Positions 49,823 through 61,046 are shown, counted from the first letter of the stretch. The stretch: 64,000 bases of DNA from an uncultured Candidatus Rokubacteria bacterium (GCA_963762145.1 CAVXJS010000007.1:160001-224000); one strand, 5' to 3'. Notes: generated by a model from the sequence alone, not told the origin. Numbers and translations are program-made.

Positions 49823-51971
49823 GCCGCTCCGCGATCAGGGCGGTCACCACGTTCCGGAGGAGCCGGAGCCCCACGTCGCCCTCGAGCGACATGATGGACT
49901 CCGGATGGAACTGGACCGCGGCCAGCGGCAGGTGCGCGTGCTCCACCGCCATCACGATCCCGTCGTCGCTCTCCGCGGTCACCTCCAGGGCAGCGGGGAG
50001 CTTCTCGCGGAGCGCGAAGAGGGAGTGGTAGCGGCCCGCGGTGAACTCGCCGGGGAGCCCGGCGAAGAGCCGCCCCCCGCGAACCCGGATGCGCGAGGCC
50101 TTGCCGTGCATCGGGTAGTCGAGCACGCCGAGCTCGCCGCCCAGGTGCTCCACGATGCCCTGCAGCCCCAGGCAGACCCCGAAGGTGGGGATCCCGCGCT
50201 CGAGCATCGCCTTGAGCGTGCCCGACAGATCGAAGTCGCCCGGAGTGCCTGGACCGGGCGAGAGCACGACCAGATCGGGCCGCACCTCGTCGAGCACGCT
50301 CGACGGAAAGCCGGCCCGCCGCGTCGTCACCTCGGCGCCGGTCTGACGGAGATAGTTCGCCAGCGTGTGGACGAACGAGTCCTGATGGTCCACCAGGAGG
50401 ACGCGGCGTCCCGCGCCTTCGCCCCGCAGCTCCACCCGCGTGCCCGCCGCCACGCCGCGGGGCCGCCGCAGGGCGTCGAGGAACGCGGAGGCCTTGAGAC
50501 GCGTCTCCTCTTCCTCCGCGTCGGGGTCGGAGTCGTAGAGCAGGGTGGCCCCGGCGCGCACCTCGGCCGCGCCGTCCTTGACCCGGATGGTGCGGAGGGT
50601 GAGCCCGGTATTGAGGTTGCCGTCGAAGCCCAGGAGCCCGACCGCGCCGCCGTACCAGGCGCGGGGCGACCGCTCGTGGTCCTCGATGAACTGCATGGCC
50701 CAGGCCTTCGGCGCGCCGGTGACGGTGACCGCCCACGTGTGCGCGAGGAAGGCGTCGAGCGCGTCGAAGCCGGGACGCAGGCGCCCCTCCACGTGGTCCA
50801 CGGTGTGGATGAGCCGCGCGTACATCTCGATCTGGCGGCGGCCGATCACCCGCACGCTGCCCGGCACGCAGATACGCGACTTGTCGTTGCGGTCCACGTC
50901 GGTGCACATCGTGAGCTCGGACTCGTCCTTGGCCGAGTTGAGCAGCGCCTGGATCTGCGCCGCGTCGGCGATCGCGTCGAGGCCGCGCGCGATCGTGCCC
51001 GAGATCGGGCAGGTCTCGACCCGATCGCCGTCCACGCGCACGTACATCTCGGGGGACGCGCCCACCAGGTACTCCGCGTCCCCGAGGTTCATCAGGAACC
51101 CGTAGGGCGCGGGGTTGCGCTCGCGCAGGCGGCGGAAGAGCTCCGACGGGGGCGAGGGGCAGGGCTCGAAGAAGGTCTGGCCGGGCACCACCTCGAAGAG
51201 ATCGCCGCGCTTGAAGGCCTCGCGGGCCACGCGCACGACCGCCGCGTAGGCGCCGGGCTCGTGATCGCCCGCGCGCGGCACGGCGGCGGCGCCCTCGAAC
51301 GGGCGGGTGGCGGTCCCCTCGCGGGGCAGGCCGGCGGTGGCGCGGCCGCCCGCCTCGAAGTCGTAGCGGCGCCGCTGGGCCACCTCGCGGCGATGATCCA
51401 CGATGATCAGCTCGTCCGGGAGGTAGAGGACCAGGTCGCGCTGATCGGCGGGGCGCGGCAGGCGCGCGCGGATCGGCTCGAACTGGAACGCGAGATCGTA
51501 GCCGAAGGCGCCGTAGAGCCCGAGGTGCGGCTCCTCGGCGTGCCGGAAGACCTCGATCAGCGCCCGGAGCGGCGAGAACACCGAGGGCTGGCGGCTCCGG
51601 TCTTCCTCCGCGAAGACGGCCGTCGGTGGGCGCACCGTCACCGCGACCGCGTCGGCCGTCCGCTCGAAGCCCTCGATCTGATCGAGGCCCTGGAGCGCCT
51701 GGGCGACGGCGGGGAGCAGGACCAGGCCGCGGGGGTTCAGAGCCTCGGCGCGGAGCCGGCGCCCGCGGGCCACGAGGACGAGCGGCGGATCCACGAACCC
51801 CATGTCCCAGCGGGTGTAGCGGCCGGGGTACTCGTAGCTCGACGCGAGCAGCACGCCGCGGCGCGCGTCGAGGGCGTCCACGATCGGCTCGATGGCGTTC
51901 GCCATCGGGAGCGGCTCCACCGTGCGGTGGACGCGGATGCTCCCACCCGTGAGGTAGCTGTCACTGGTCAT
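49686..51971 (-). CDS. trpE: Fused anthranilate synthase components I+II (TrpEG); true stop probably ~49819
   Basis: SSYEYPGRYTRWD, LVGASPEMYV, ELTMCTDVDRNDK; GATase domain DHQDSFVH, GVCLG, QFHPES. Confidence 0.92.
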   Translation of the reverse strand: MTSDSYLTGGSIRVHRTVEPLPMANAIEPIVDALDARRGVLLASSYEYPGRYTRWDMGFVDPPLVLVARGRRLRAEALNPRGLVLLPAVAQALQGLDQIEGFERTADAVAVTVRPPTAVFAEEDRSRQPSVFSPLRALIEVFRHAEEPHLGLYGAFGYDLAFQFEPIRARLPRPADQRDLVLYLPDELIIVDHRREVAQRRRYDFEAGGRATAGLPREGTATRPFEGAAAVPRAGDHEPGAYAAVVRVAREAFKRGDLFEVVPGQTFFEPCPSPPSELFRRLRERNPAPYGFLMNLGDAEYLVGASPEMYVRVDGDRVETCPISGTIARGLDAIADAAQIQALLNSAKDESELTMCTDVDRNDKSRICVPGSVRVIGRRQIEMYARLIHTVDHVEGRLRPGFDALDAFLAHTWAVTVTGAPKAWAMQFIEDHERSPRAWYGGAVGLLGFDGNLNTGLTLRTIRVKDGAAEVRAGATLLYDSDPDAEEEETRLKASAFLDALRRPRGVAAGTRVELRGEGAGRRVLLVDHQDSFVHTLANYLRQTGAEVTTRRAGFPSSVLDEVRPDLVVLSPGPGTPGDFDLSGTLKAMLERGIPTFGVCLGLQGIVEHLGGELGVLDYPMHGKASRIRVRGGRLFAGLPGEFTAGRYHSLFALREKLPAALEVTAESDDGIVMAVEHAHLPLAAVQFHPESIMSLEGDVGLRLLRNVVTALIAERPSGSAPAPRAPGGAPTPDRTRGSASPRRPGGPSGSGRGPGPGRGR

Positions 51972-52019
51972 GGCCGCAATCTCCTCTCTCCTGAGGAGCC
52001 GGCTCCCAGGCGGGGGCGA

Positions 52020-52054
52020 GAAAACACAGAAGCCGCCCCAGCGTGGGGGCGGCT
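52020..52054 (-). terminator. Attenuator terminator upstream of trpEG
   Basis: Minus strand: agccgcccc-loop-ggggcggct followed by tctgtgtttt. Confidence 0.8.
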
Positions 52055-52099
52055 CCGGTCTCGCCTAATCGCGCGCGCGCTGGCCGGCGGGCCCACCCC

Positions 52100-52147
52100 T
52101 CAGGGGCAGGGCCACCACCAGGACCAGGCCACGGCAACGCGCGTCAT
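52100..52147 (-). CDS. trpL: trp leader peptide MTRVAVAWSWWWPCP
   Basis: 15 codons with 4 Trp (three consecutive), between a TTGACA promoter element (52184-52189) and the terminator. Confidence 0.85.
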   Translation of the reverse strand: MTRVAVAWSWWWPCP

Positions 52148-52296
52148 TTTCACGACCGGAAGAGTCGCAGGAACCAGGGCGCCTGTCAATGGGCGTGCCG
52201 GGGGGTGGGGAATGGCTTGACTCGCCGCGCGGGTCCGTGGTACTCCAACCTCCGGGCCGCTGCAGCTCCTCCCAATTCGGTCCCCACGAGGTCACC

Positions 52297-53188
52297 ATGG
52301 CGCAAGTCGTTGGATTCATTGGGCTTGGAATTATGGGCCGTCCCATGGCCAAGAACTTGCTGAAGGCAGGATATCCACTGGTTGTCCACAGCCGGAGCCA
52401 GGGGCCGGTCCAGGAGCTGGTCGGGGCGGGGGCCAAGGCGGCCTCCAGTCCGAGGGACGTCGCGGCCCAGGCCGACGTCGATCATCGCCATGCTGCCGAA
52501 CTCGCCGGACGTGGAGCTGGTGGCGCTCGGCAAGGACGGCCTGATCGACGGGGTCAAGCGCGGGCAGCTCTTCGCGGACATGTCCACGATCTCGCCGCTG
52601 GTCTCCCAGAAGGTCGGCAAGGCCCTCGCGGCGAAGGGCGTGCGCATGCTCGACGCGCCGGTCTCGGGCGGCGAGAAGGGCGCCATCGACGCGGCGCTGT
52701 CCATCATGGTCGGCGGCGAGAAGGCCGACTTCGACGCCGCGCTGCCGGTGTTCCAGGCGCTCGGCAAGACGATCACGCACCTCGGGCCGCTGGGCGCGGG
52801 CGGCTTCACCAAGCTCGCCAACCAGATCATCGTGGCGGTGAATCTCACCGCGCTGGGCGAGGCGCTCACGCTGGCCCGCAAGGCCGGGCTCGATCGCGCG
52901 CTCACCCTCAAGGCGCTCGGCGGCGGCCTGGCCGGCTCGAAGTGCCTCGAGCAGAAGACGGCGAACTACGTGGCGGGGACCTACAATCCCGGCTTCAAGA
53001 TCGATCTGCACTTCAAGGATCTGGGGCTCATCATGGAGTCGTCCCGCGCCCTCGGCGTGCCGCTGCCGACCACCGCGGTGGTGCAGGAGCTGTTCAACGC
53101 CATGCGGGTCAAGGGCAAGGGAGGGCTCGACCATTCCGGCGTGATCACGCTACTCGAGGAGCTGGCGGGCGTGCCGGAGAAGTCATGA
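52297..53188 (+). CDS. garR: 2-hydroxy-3-oxopropionate (tartronate semialdehyde) reductase, one indel near 52480
   Basis: GFIGLGIMGRPMAKNL, DAPVSGGE, KLANQII, PGFKIDLHFKDL. Confidence 0.82.
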
Positions 53189-54215
53189 GGGCGACCGTCG
53201 ACCGTCCGGGGCTCGATTCGCAGGGCCGCTCGCCCCTCATCAAGATCCGCCGGGTCCGGAAGGGGGATCTCTCCAAGGTCCGCGACGTCATCGAGCAGGC
53301 CTTCGGCGATTTCTTCGAGCGGCAGGTGGGCACGCGGCCGCGCCAGGTGTTCGGCGGGGCCCAGTACGTGCACCATCGCTGGCTCATGGAGCCGTGGGGC
53401 TGCTTCGTGGCCGAGGAGGGCGACGGCAAGATCGTCGGCGCGGCCGTCGCGGTGATGTGGGGCACGGTGGGCGTGATCGGCCCGGTCGCGGTGCTCACCC
53501 ACTACCAGAACCAGGACATCGGCCAGCAGCTCCTCGACCGCCTGCCAGGAGTTCTTCGACGAGAACAAGGCCACGCTGCAGGGCGTGGCACCTATCCCTA
53601 CAGCCCCAAGCACCTGATCTTCTACCAGAAGTTCGGCTACAAGCCGAAGGGCCTGGTGGTGGTGACCAGCAAGGCGCTCGATCGCGCGCGATGGGCGCCC
53701 CGAAGCCCGCGGCGAAGCCCGGGGCCGGCGTGCGCCGCTACTCCACGCTCGAGGAGGCGAGCAAGAAGCAGGTGATGCAGAAGATCCGGCGCATCACCAA
53801 TCATTTCTGGCGCGGGACTCGACGTGGGCAAGGAGATCGAGATCGTCGACGGCCTCGCCCTCGGCGATACGCTCCTGCTCGAGAAGGGGCGGGAGGTCAT
53901 CGGCTTCGCGGTCTGCCACATGCCGCCCAACAGCGAGGCGCCGCACGGCAGCCGCCTACGTCAAGCTGCTCGCCATCGACGGGCGCCACAAGCAAGCCCG
54001 AGCACCTGCACGCTCTGCTGGCGGGAGTCGAGGACATGGCCGCGTCCGCCCAGCTCCAGCGCGTGGTCGTGCCCGCCTACACGTACTACTGGACCGCCTA
54101 CCAGACGCTGCTCGAGCGCGGCTATCACGTGGACTTCACCATGGTGCGCATGAAGCGGGGCAAGCAGGAGGACTACGAGGACGCCAGCGATCTCGTGCTG
54201 GACGACTGGCGCTGA
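53185..54215 (+). CDS. Tandem GNAT-fold protein (apparent indels)
   Basis: IGPVAVLTHYQNQDIGQQLL, FYQKFGY. Confidence 0.7.
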
Positions 54216-54220
54216 TCGAC

Positions 54221-54610
54221 GTGGTGTTCGCGTACCGGCCGGCCCTCGCGGCGGCTCTGCTGCTGGCCTGTCTCACGCTCGCCGCGCCCCGCGCGACCTC
54301 TCCGCACGCAATCGTCCTCGAGTCGTCCCCGCTGCCCGGCGCGGTGCTGCGGCAGCCCCCGTCTGAGGTGACGCTCCGCTTCAATAGCCGGATCGAGAAA
54401 CGCTTCACCCGGGTGTCGCTGGCCCTCGTGGACCGGGCGCCGGTGACCCTGGCGCTGCCCCCCGGCGGTGCCGAGACCACGCCCGACCGGCTCACGATCC
54501 CGCTGGAGGCGCTGGGCCCCGGCGCCTACGTCCTGCGCTATCGCGTGCTCGCGGTGGACGGCCACATCACCGAGGGTGCGCTGCGCTTCACGGTCGGCGC
54601 CGGCCGCTGA
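54221..54610 (+). CDS. CopC family copper-binding protein
   Basis: Signal peptide then HAIVLESSP; YRVLAVDGHITEG. Confidence 0.85.
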   Translation: MVFAYRPALAAALLLACLTLAAPRATSPHAIVLESSPLPGAVLRQPPSEVTLRFNSRIEKRFTRVSLALVDRAPVTLALPPGGAETTPDRLTIPLEALGPGAYVLRYRVLAVDGHITEGALRFTVGAGR

Positions 54611-55694
54611 TGCCCGACGCGGCGCTGATCCGAGGCTTCGCGACGGTGGAGGGGACCGCGGGCTACCGCACCCGGCGGGCCGCCCGCGCCGGGGAGGGGC
54701 ATTTCCGGACGTGGCAGGGCCTCACCCTGTCCTCGGTCGGCCTCGGCACCTATCTGGGCGCGGAGGACGAGGCGACGGACCAGGCCTACCAGGCCGCGGT
54801 GCGTCGCGCGCTCGAGCTGGGCTTCAACGTGGTGGACTCCGCGATCAACTATCGCCACCAGCGCAGCGAGCGCAGCGTGGGCGCGGTCCTGCGCGCGCTG
54901 GCGCGAGAGGTGCGGATCGCGCGGGAGGACGTGCTGATCGCGACCAAGGGCGGCTTCATGCCGCACCCGGTGGAAGCCTACGTGAAGGCCGGGATCGTGC
55001 AAGCCCGAGGAGATCGTGGCCGACAGCCACTGCATCGCCCCGCGCTTTCTCGCCGATCAGCTCGACCGGAGCCGCGCCAACCTGGGCGTCGAGACCATCG
55101 ACGTCTACTTCGTGCACAACCCGGAGACGCAGCTCGGCGCGGTGGACCAGGCCACCTTCCTCGTGCGCATGCGGGCCGCCTTCGAGCTCCTGGAAGGTGC
55201 GGTGGGCGACGGCAAGATCCGCTGCTACGGCGCCGCGACGTGGACCGGCTTCCGTCAGCCCGCGTCGGCGGACGACTATCTCTCGCTGCCCGGGCTGAGC
55301 GCATCGCGCGGGAGATGGCGGGCGACGGCCACCACTTCCGCGTGGTCCAGCTCCCCTACAACCTCGCGATGACCGAGGCGTTCACGGTCGCCAACCAGCG
55401 CGTCGGGCGCGAGACCGTCGAGTCGATGCAGGCGGCCCAGCGGCTCGGCATCTACGTGATGACGTCGGCGTCCATCTTCCAGGGCAAGCTGGCCCGCAAC
55501 CTGCCGCCGATCATCGGCGAGTTGCTGGCCGGACTCGGACGGATGCCCAGCGGGCGCTCCAGTTCGTGCGATCCACGCCCGGGGTCGGCACCGCGCTCGT
55601 GCGGCATGCGCAGCGTGGCTCACGTCGAGGAGAACGCGGGGTTGGGCGCGGTGCCCCCGGTGCCGTCAGCGAGAAGCTCTTCTCCCCGGCCTGA
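54610..55694 (+). CDS. Aldo/keto reductase (apparent indels)
   Basis: GLGTYLG, DSAINYR, ATKGG, VHNPE, QLPYNL, HVEEN. Confidence 0.82.
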
Positions 55695-55754
55695 GGCGCG
55701 AAAGCCCTTGAAAATTCGGGCCCCGTCGGCTAGCGTGATCGTCGTGACCACGCC

Positions 55755-56520
55755 ATGGTGACCAGCATCCATCACGTCGGCATCGCGTGAAGAACTCTAC
55801 GAGGCGTACCGCTTCTGGCGCGACACGCTGGGCCTGCCGCTCATCCGCGAGGCGACCGTCGAGGGACAGGGCGTGCGCGCCGCGTTGCTCGCCGCCGGCG
55901 ACAGCGAGATCGAGCTGCTCGAGCCGTCGGCGCGGAGAGTCCGGGTCGCGCGATTCCTCGCCAAGCGCGGGGAGGGGCTGCATCACCTCTGCTTCCGGAC
56001 CGCCGGGCGTGGATCGGGGATCTCGAGCGCGCTCGCAGTCCCAGAGCGTCCCGCTGCTCGACGCCGCGCCGCGCGAGGGGCTCGCCGGGCCGCATCGCGT
56101 TCCTCCATCCGCAGTGCCTGTCATGGCGTGCTGGTGGAGCTCGCCACCCCGCGGCCGGAGCGGCTCGCGGCGGAGTCGCCGGTGCGCTTCAAGCGCCTCG
56201 TGATCGGCTGCCCATCGCCGCAGGACACCGCCACGACCTACCAGGGTCTCTTCGGCCTGCCCGAGGTCGAGGTCAACGGCGGGCCGCGCGCCATGCTCGG
56301 CTGGTCCGGCGGCGGCACGCTCCTGATGGTGCCGGCCGGCGAGGTCGGGGGGATGGAAGGCATGGTCGCGCTGTCGATGGTGGCGCCGGACATGCCGCCG
56401 CTGATCGAGCGCCTGGAGCGCGCCCAGGCCGCGCTGCTGCTCGGGGCCGGGGAGCTCACGGTCGAGCCGGCGTCCTCGCACGGCGTCCATCTCCACATCA
56501 GCCGCTACCACTTCCCCTGA
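55755..56520 (+). CDS. VOC/methylmalonyl-CoA epimerase-like two-domain protein (apparent indels)
   Basis: IHHVGI, EIELLEP, RGEGLHHLCF, HGVLVEL. Confidence 0.75.
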
Positions 56521-57296
56521 TCGCGCGGCTGGCCGGCAAGATCGCGCTGGTCACCGGGGGCGCCACCGGTATCGGCCGCGCGACGGTGCTGGCGCTGGCC
56601 CGCGAAGGCGCCGCGGTGGCGGTCAATTACTCCCGGTCGAAGGAAGCGGCCCACGAGACGGCCAGGCTCGCCGAGCAGGCCGGGGGCCGGGCGCTGCCGG
56701 TCCAGGCCGACATCACGCGCGACACGGAGGTGCGGGAGATGGCCGACCTGGTCGCGCGCGAGCTGGGCGGCCTCGACTGCCTGGTCAACAACGCGGGCTG
56801 GACGCAGCGCGTGCCGCACCGGCGCTTCGAGGATCTCACCGACGAGATCTGGGATCGCGTCCTCGCGACCAACCTGCGCGGCGCCTTCTACTGCGTGCGC
56901 GCCGCGGTGCCCCACATGGAGCGCCGGGGCGGCGGGGCCATCGTCAACATCACGTCGGTGGCGACGTTCACCGGCACCGGTTCGTCCATGGCCTACGCGG
57001 CGTCCAAGGCCGGGCTCGATGCCCTGACGAAATCGCTCGCCCGCGCGCTCGCGCCGTCGCGCATCCGGGTCAACGCGGTGGCTCCGGGCCTGGTCTCGAC
57101 CGGCTTCGGCGGCGGCCTCATCACGAAGGACCTGCTCGACCAGATCGGGAGCCTCACGCCGATCGGCCGGTCCGCGACGGTGGAGGAAGTTGCGGCGGCG
57201 GTGGTGTTCCTGCTCGCCAACGATGCCGTGACCGGCTACACCACGATCGTGGACGGCGGGCTCACCGCGCTCGGCCCCACGAATCCGCTGAGCTAG
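56517..57296 (+). CDS. SDR oxidoreductase (start uncertain, CTG at 56517)
   Basis: KIALVTGGATGIG, NNAG, YAASKAG, VDGG. Confidence 0.85.
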   Translation: MIARLAGKIALVTGGATGIGRATVLALAREGAAVAVNYSRSKEAAHETARLAEQAGGRALPVQADITRDTEVREMADLVARELGGLDCLVNNAGWTQRVPHRRFEDLTDEIWDRVLATNLRGAFYCVRAAVPHMERRGGGAIVNITSVATFTGTGSSMAYAASKAGLDALTKSLARALAPSRIRVNAVAPGLVSTGFGGGLITKDLLDQIGSLTPIGRSATVEEVAAAVVFLLANDAVTGYTTIVDGGLTALGPTNPLS

Positions 57297-57297
57297 C

Positions 57298-57708
57298 GTG
57301 GACCCGCGCCGGCCGTTTCGCGGCCTCGGCTCGGCGCGAAAAACCCGCCGGACCCTGGAGCGTGGCGGCATCGGGCCCGCCGCGGAGCTGAACCAGACGC
57401 TCGGCAAGTGGCCCCGCGTCCGGATCACCCCGATGTTCGGGCGCTGGGGCTACTTCGTCGGCGCCCGCCTGTTCGCCTGCTTCCCGCTACGGGCCAAGGA
57501 CCACGACCTCTGGATCCGCCTCACGCCCGACGACCAGCGGCGCGCGCTCGCGGCGGGCTGCTCGCCCCACCGGCGGATGAGCGCGACGGGCTGGGTCGAG
57601 TGCCGCGTGGAGGACCCGCGCGATACCGGACGCGCGATCCGCTGGCTGCGGCGCTCCTACGAGTCGGCCAAGGAGGCCGTCGAGCGGGACGAGCGCGCGG
57701 ACTCCTGA
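57298..57708 (+). CDS. TfoX/Sxy N-terminal-like protein
   Basis: PMFGRWGYFVGARLFA, GWV, WLRRSY. Confidence 0.65.
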   Translation: MDPRRPFRGLGSARKTRRTLERGGIGPAAELNQTLGKWPRVRITPMFGRWGYFVGARLFACFPLRAKDHDLWIRLTPDDQRRALAAGCSPHRRMSATGWVECRVEDPRDTGRAIRWLRRSYESAKEAVERDERADS

Positions 57709-58916
57709 GCCGCGGTCTGGATGGCGTCGATGGGCACCAGGGGCACCAGGAGCCACGCGGCGGCGGTGAACGCGGCCGAGATCAGCACCAGGGGCGTGTA
57801 GCCCACCCAGTCGTACAGGTTCGCGCCGGTCCACTCCGCGCTGCGCATGCCGAGGTTGTGGACCGACATGAGGAGCGCGAAGAACGTGGCCTCCGCGCGA
57901 CGCGGGCAGGCCTTGGCGGCCAGGTCCAGGAACGCGAGCTGGGTGGTCATGCCGACCGCGCCGAAGACCACCGTGATCACGATGCCGGACGCCGGGCCCC
58001 GGTAGACCAGATAGGCGAGGGTGCCCACCACCCCGGCGCCGATGGACCAGACGATCAGACGCTTGAGCGAGTACCGCCGCGACAGGCGCGCGTAGGCCCA
58101 GGCGCCCGCGATGCCCGCGGCGGCCCCCAGCGACGAGAGCACGCCGATGAACGTCTGGGAGAAGCCGAGCACGTCGGTCTCGTAGTAGAAGAACGCGGGT
58201 CCGAACGACGGGCTGAACGTCCAGAAGAAGGTGAAACCCGCCACCATCCACAGGTCGCGCCGCCGGAGCGCCTCGCGGACCGCGCCGGCGGTCTCGCCGA
58301 AGCCCTCGAGAGTCGGGCGCGCGGGCGCCTCCCGCACCACGAGGAGCGCCATCAGGAACGAGATCGCCGGGAAGCAGGCGACGAGCGCGAACGCGGCCGC
58401 GAAGGCCCGGCGCTCCGCGAGGTAGCCGCCGGCGACCCCGACCAGGATCGAGGCCGCGCTCAGCGCGCCCCACTGCACGGACTGGAACGCGCCGGTCAGC
58501 CCCACCCGCTGGCCGTTCTCCACCATGAGGGCGTCGGTCAGGACGTCGGTGAAGCCGACGCCCAGCCAGAGCAGGGTGATCAGGGTGGCGAGCTGGGCGT
58601 AGGACGCACCGGGCATCAGGCTCAGCGCGATCGCGGTCACGGCGGCGGTCGCGGACATGATCAGGAAGTAGCTCCGGCGCCGCGTGCCGAAGAGCGGCAC
58701 GAAGTCCGAGAGCAGGCCGTAGACCGGCTTGATGAACCACGGGATCGTGGTGATCCAGGTGAACGCGGCGAGCTGCCCGGCGGAGAGGCCGCGCTCCTTG
58801 AACACGATCGCGACGACCTGGTCGGGCAGATAGATCATGCCCTGGGCGAAGTAGACGATCGCGAAGAGCAGCGCGAGCCGTCGGGCCTCGGGGCTCTGGA
58901 AGGGGTGCTCCCGCAT
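57657..58916 (-). CDS. MFS transporter, BT1/folate-biopterin-like
   Basis: IVYFAQG, PWFIKPVYGLLSD, RRRSY, FTDVLTDALMVE. Confidence 0.85.
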   Translation of the reverse strand: MREHPFQSPEARRLALLFAIVYFAQGMIYLPDQVVAIVFKERGLSAGQLAAFTWITTIPWFIKPVYGLLSDFVPLFGTRRRSYFLIMSATAAVTAIALSLMPGASYAQLATLITLLWLGVGFTDVLTDALMVENGQRVGLTGAFQSVQWGALSAASILVGVAGGYLAERRAFAAAFALVACFPAISFLMALLVVREAPARPTLEGFGETAGAVREALRRRDLWMVAGFTFFWTFSPSFGPAFFYYETDVLGFSQTFIGVLSSLGAAAGIAGAWAYARLSRRYSLKRLIVWSIGAGVVGTLAYLVYRGPASGIVITVVFGAVGMTTQLAFLDLAAKACPRRAEATFFALLMSVHNLGMRSAEWTGANLYDWVGYTPLVLISAAFTAAAWLLVPLVPIDAIQTAAQESARSSRSTASLADS

Positions 58917-58940
58917 GGCCCATGATAATCTAGCGTCTCG

Positions 58941-60995
58941 ATGCGAGCCACGTTGCCGTCCGTCTGCCCTCACGACTGCCCGTCGCAGTGCGCGCTCCAG
59001 GTCACGGTGGAGGCGGGGCGCATCACCGACGTCACCGGCGATGCGCGGCACCCGTTCACCCGGGGCGTGATCTGCGGCAAGGTCCACGACTACGCCGAGC
59101 GCGTCTACGGGCCGACGAGGGTGCTGACACCCCTTCGTCGCGTCGGGCCCAAGGGCGAGGGGCGCTTCGAGCCGATCGGCTGGGACGAGGCGGTGGACGA
59201 GATCGCGCACCGCTGGCGGCGCGTGATCGCCCAGTGGGGCGCGGAGGCCATCCTGCCGTACTCCTACGGCGGCACGCTTGGGCTCGTGCAGAACCGGGCG
59301 GGGCACGCGCTGTTCTACGCGCTCGGCGCGTCGCGGCTCGACCGCACCATCTGCGTCAGCACCGCCTACGCGGGCTGGCAGGGCACGCTGGGCACGGTCT
59401 CCGGCAACGACTCCGAGCAGATGGTGGACTCCGAGCTGATCGTGCTCTGGGGCATCAACGCCTCCCACACCCACATCAATGCCATGACGCTCGTCAAGCG
59501 CGCGCGGCAGCGCGGCGCGTTCGTGATCTGCGTGGATCCCTACCGCACGCCGACCGCGCGGCAGGCCGACTGGCACCTGATGCCGCGGCCGGGGACGGAC
59601 GGGGCCCTGGCCCTGGGCGTCATGCACGTGCTCATCGGCGAGGGGCGCGTGGACCAGGAGTACATCCGGCGCGCGACGCTCGGTTTCACCGCGCTGGCCC
59701 AGCACGTCAAGCAGTACGATCCCGAGCGGGTCGCCGCGATCACCGGGCTCGCCGCCGCGGACGTGGTGGCCTTCGCCCACCGCTACGGCGCCACGCGCGC
59801 CGCGTTCATCCGGGTCGGGATCGGGCTCTCCCGCCACGACAACGGCGGCATGACGTGCCGGACCATCGCGTGCCTGCCCGGGCTGACCGGGGCGTACGCG
59901 CATCCCGCGGGCGGCGCCCTGCTGGCGTCCAGCGGGGCGTTCGGCCTCTCGAACGCGGTGATCGAGCGGCCGGACCTGATGCCCCAGCCCGCGCCGCGGA
60001 TGATCAACATGATTCACCTCGGGCGCGCGCTCACCGATCCGGACCTGGCGCCGCCGGTCAAGGCGCTCTACGTGTACAACGCGAATCCGGCCTCGATCAC
60101 CCCCAACCAGGAGCTCGTGCTCCAGGGCCTCGCGCGGGAGGATCTCTTCACGGTGGTGCACGAGCAGCACCTCACCGACACCACCGACTACGCCGATCTC
60201 GTGCTCCCGGCCACCACGTCCATGGAGCACACCGACTGCTACAAGTCCTACGGCCACTTCTACGTGCAGCTCGCCCGCCCGGTGATCGCGCCGGAGGGTG
60301 AGGCGCGCTCGAACTGGGCGGTGACCCGGCTGCTCGCGCCGGCGCTGGGGCTGCGCGACCCGCACTTCCGCAAGAGCGAGGACGATCTGATCCGCGAGTC
60401 GCTCGCCTCGGGCGATCCCTCGATCGAGGGCATCACGCTCGAGCGGCTCGAGGCCGAGCGCTCGGTACGGCTCCAGGTGGGCCGGCCCTATCTCCCGTTC
60501 GCGAACGGGGCGCCGACGCCGTCCGGCAAGGTCGAGTTCTTGTCGGAGTCGCTGGCCCGGGCGGGCCTGCCCGCGCTCCCCACCTACACCCCGCTGGTGG
60601 AAGGCCCGGAGCACGCCGAGCTCACGCGGCGCTACCCGCTGCAGTGCATCGTGCCGCCCAACCGCTTCTTCCTCAACTCGTCGTTCAGCCAGTCCGAGCT
60701 CATGCGCCGGCGCCAGCGCGGGCCCGCGGTGCTGCTGCATCCGGCCGACGGCGCGGCCCGCGGGATCCGGACCGGCGACGCGGTGCTGGTGCGGAGCGCG
60801 CGCGGCGAGGCGCGGTTCACCGCCGAGCTGACCGACGACACGCGCGAGGGAGTGGCGGTGGTGGAAGGGATCTGGTGGAGCAAGCATCAGTCGGGCGGGC
60901 GCGGGGTCAACGCGCTCACCGACGACCGCACCGCGGACATGGGCGGCGGCCCGGCGCTGCACTCCAATTTGGTGCAGGTGGAGCGCCTGCGGTGA
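58941..60995 (+). CDS. Molybdopterin-dependent oxidoreductase
   Basis: CPHDCPSQC, ICGKV, ILPYSYGG, ADLVLPAT, C-terminal MopB binding domain. Confidence 0.9.
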   Translation: MRATLPSVCPHDCPSQCALQVTVEAGRITDVTGDARHPFTRGVICGKVHDYAERVYGPTRVLTPLRRVGPKGEGRFEPIGWDEAVDEIAHRWRRVIAQWGAEAILPYSYGGTLGLVQNRAGHALFYALGASRLDRTICVSTAYAGWQGTLGTVSGNDSEQMVDSELIVLWGINASHTHINAMTLVKRARQRGAFVICVDPYRTPTARQADWHLMPRPGTDGALALGVMHVLIGEGRVDQEYIRRATLGFTALAQHVKQYDPERVAAITGLAAADVVAFAHRYGATRAAFIRVGIGLSRHDNGGMTCRTIACLPGLTGAYAHPAGGALLASSGAFGLSNAVIERPDLMPQPAPRMINMIHLGRALTDPDLAPPVKALYVYNANPASITPNQELVLQGLAREDLFTVVHEQHLTDTTDYADLVLPATTSMEHTDCYKSYGHFYVQLARPVIAPEGEARSNWAVTRLLAPALGLRDPHFRKSEDDLIRESLASGDPSIEGITLERLEAERSVRLQVGRPYLPFANGAPTPSGKVEFLSESLARAGLPALPTYTPLVEGPEHAELTRRYPLQCIVPPNRFFLNSSFSQSELMRRRQRGPAVLLHPADGAARGIRTGDAVLVRSARGEARFTAELTDDTREGVAVVEGIWWSKHQSGGRGVNALTDDRTADMGGGPALHSNLVQVERLR

Positions 60996-61046
60996 CCCCC
61001 GCGCCGCGGTGGTCCTCGAACCTCTAATACCGAACGGAGCCACGCC

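Noticed and set aside
52297-52390. AT-rich codons at the 5' ends of garR and rpiB
   Set aside because: Ordinary reduced-structure bias near start codons, with no hairpin element adjacent.
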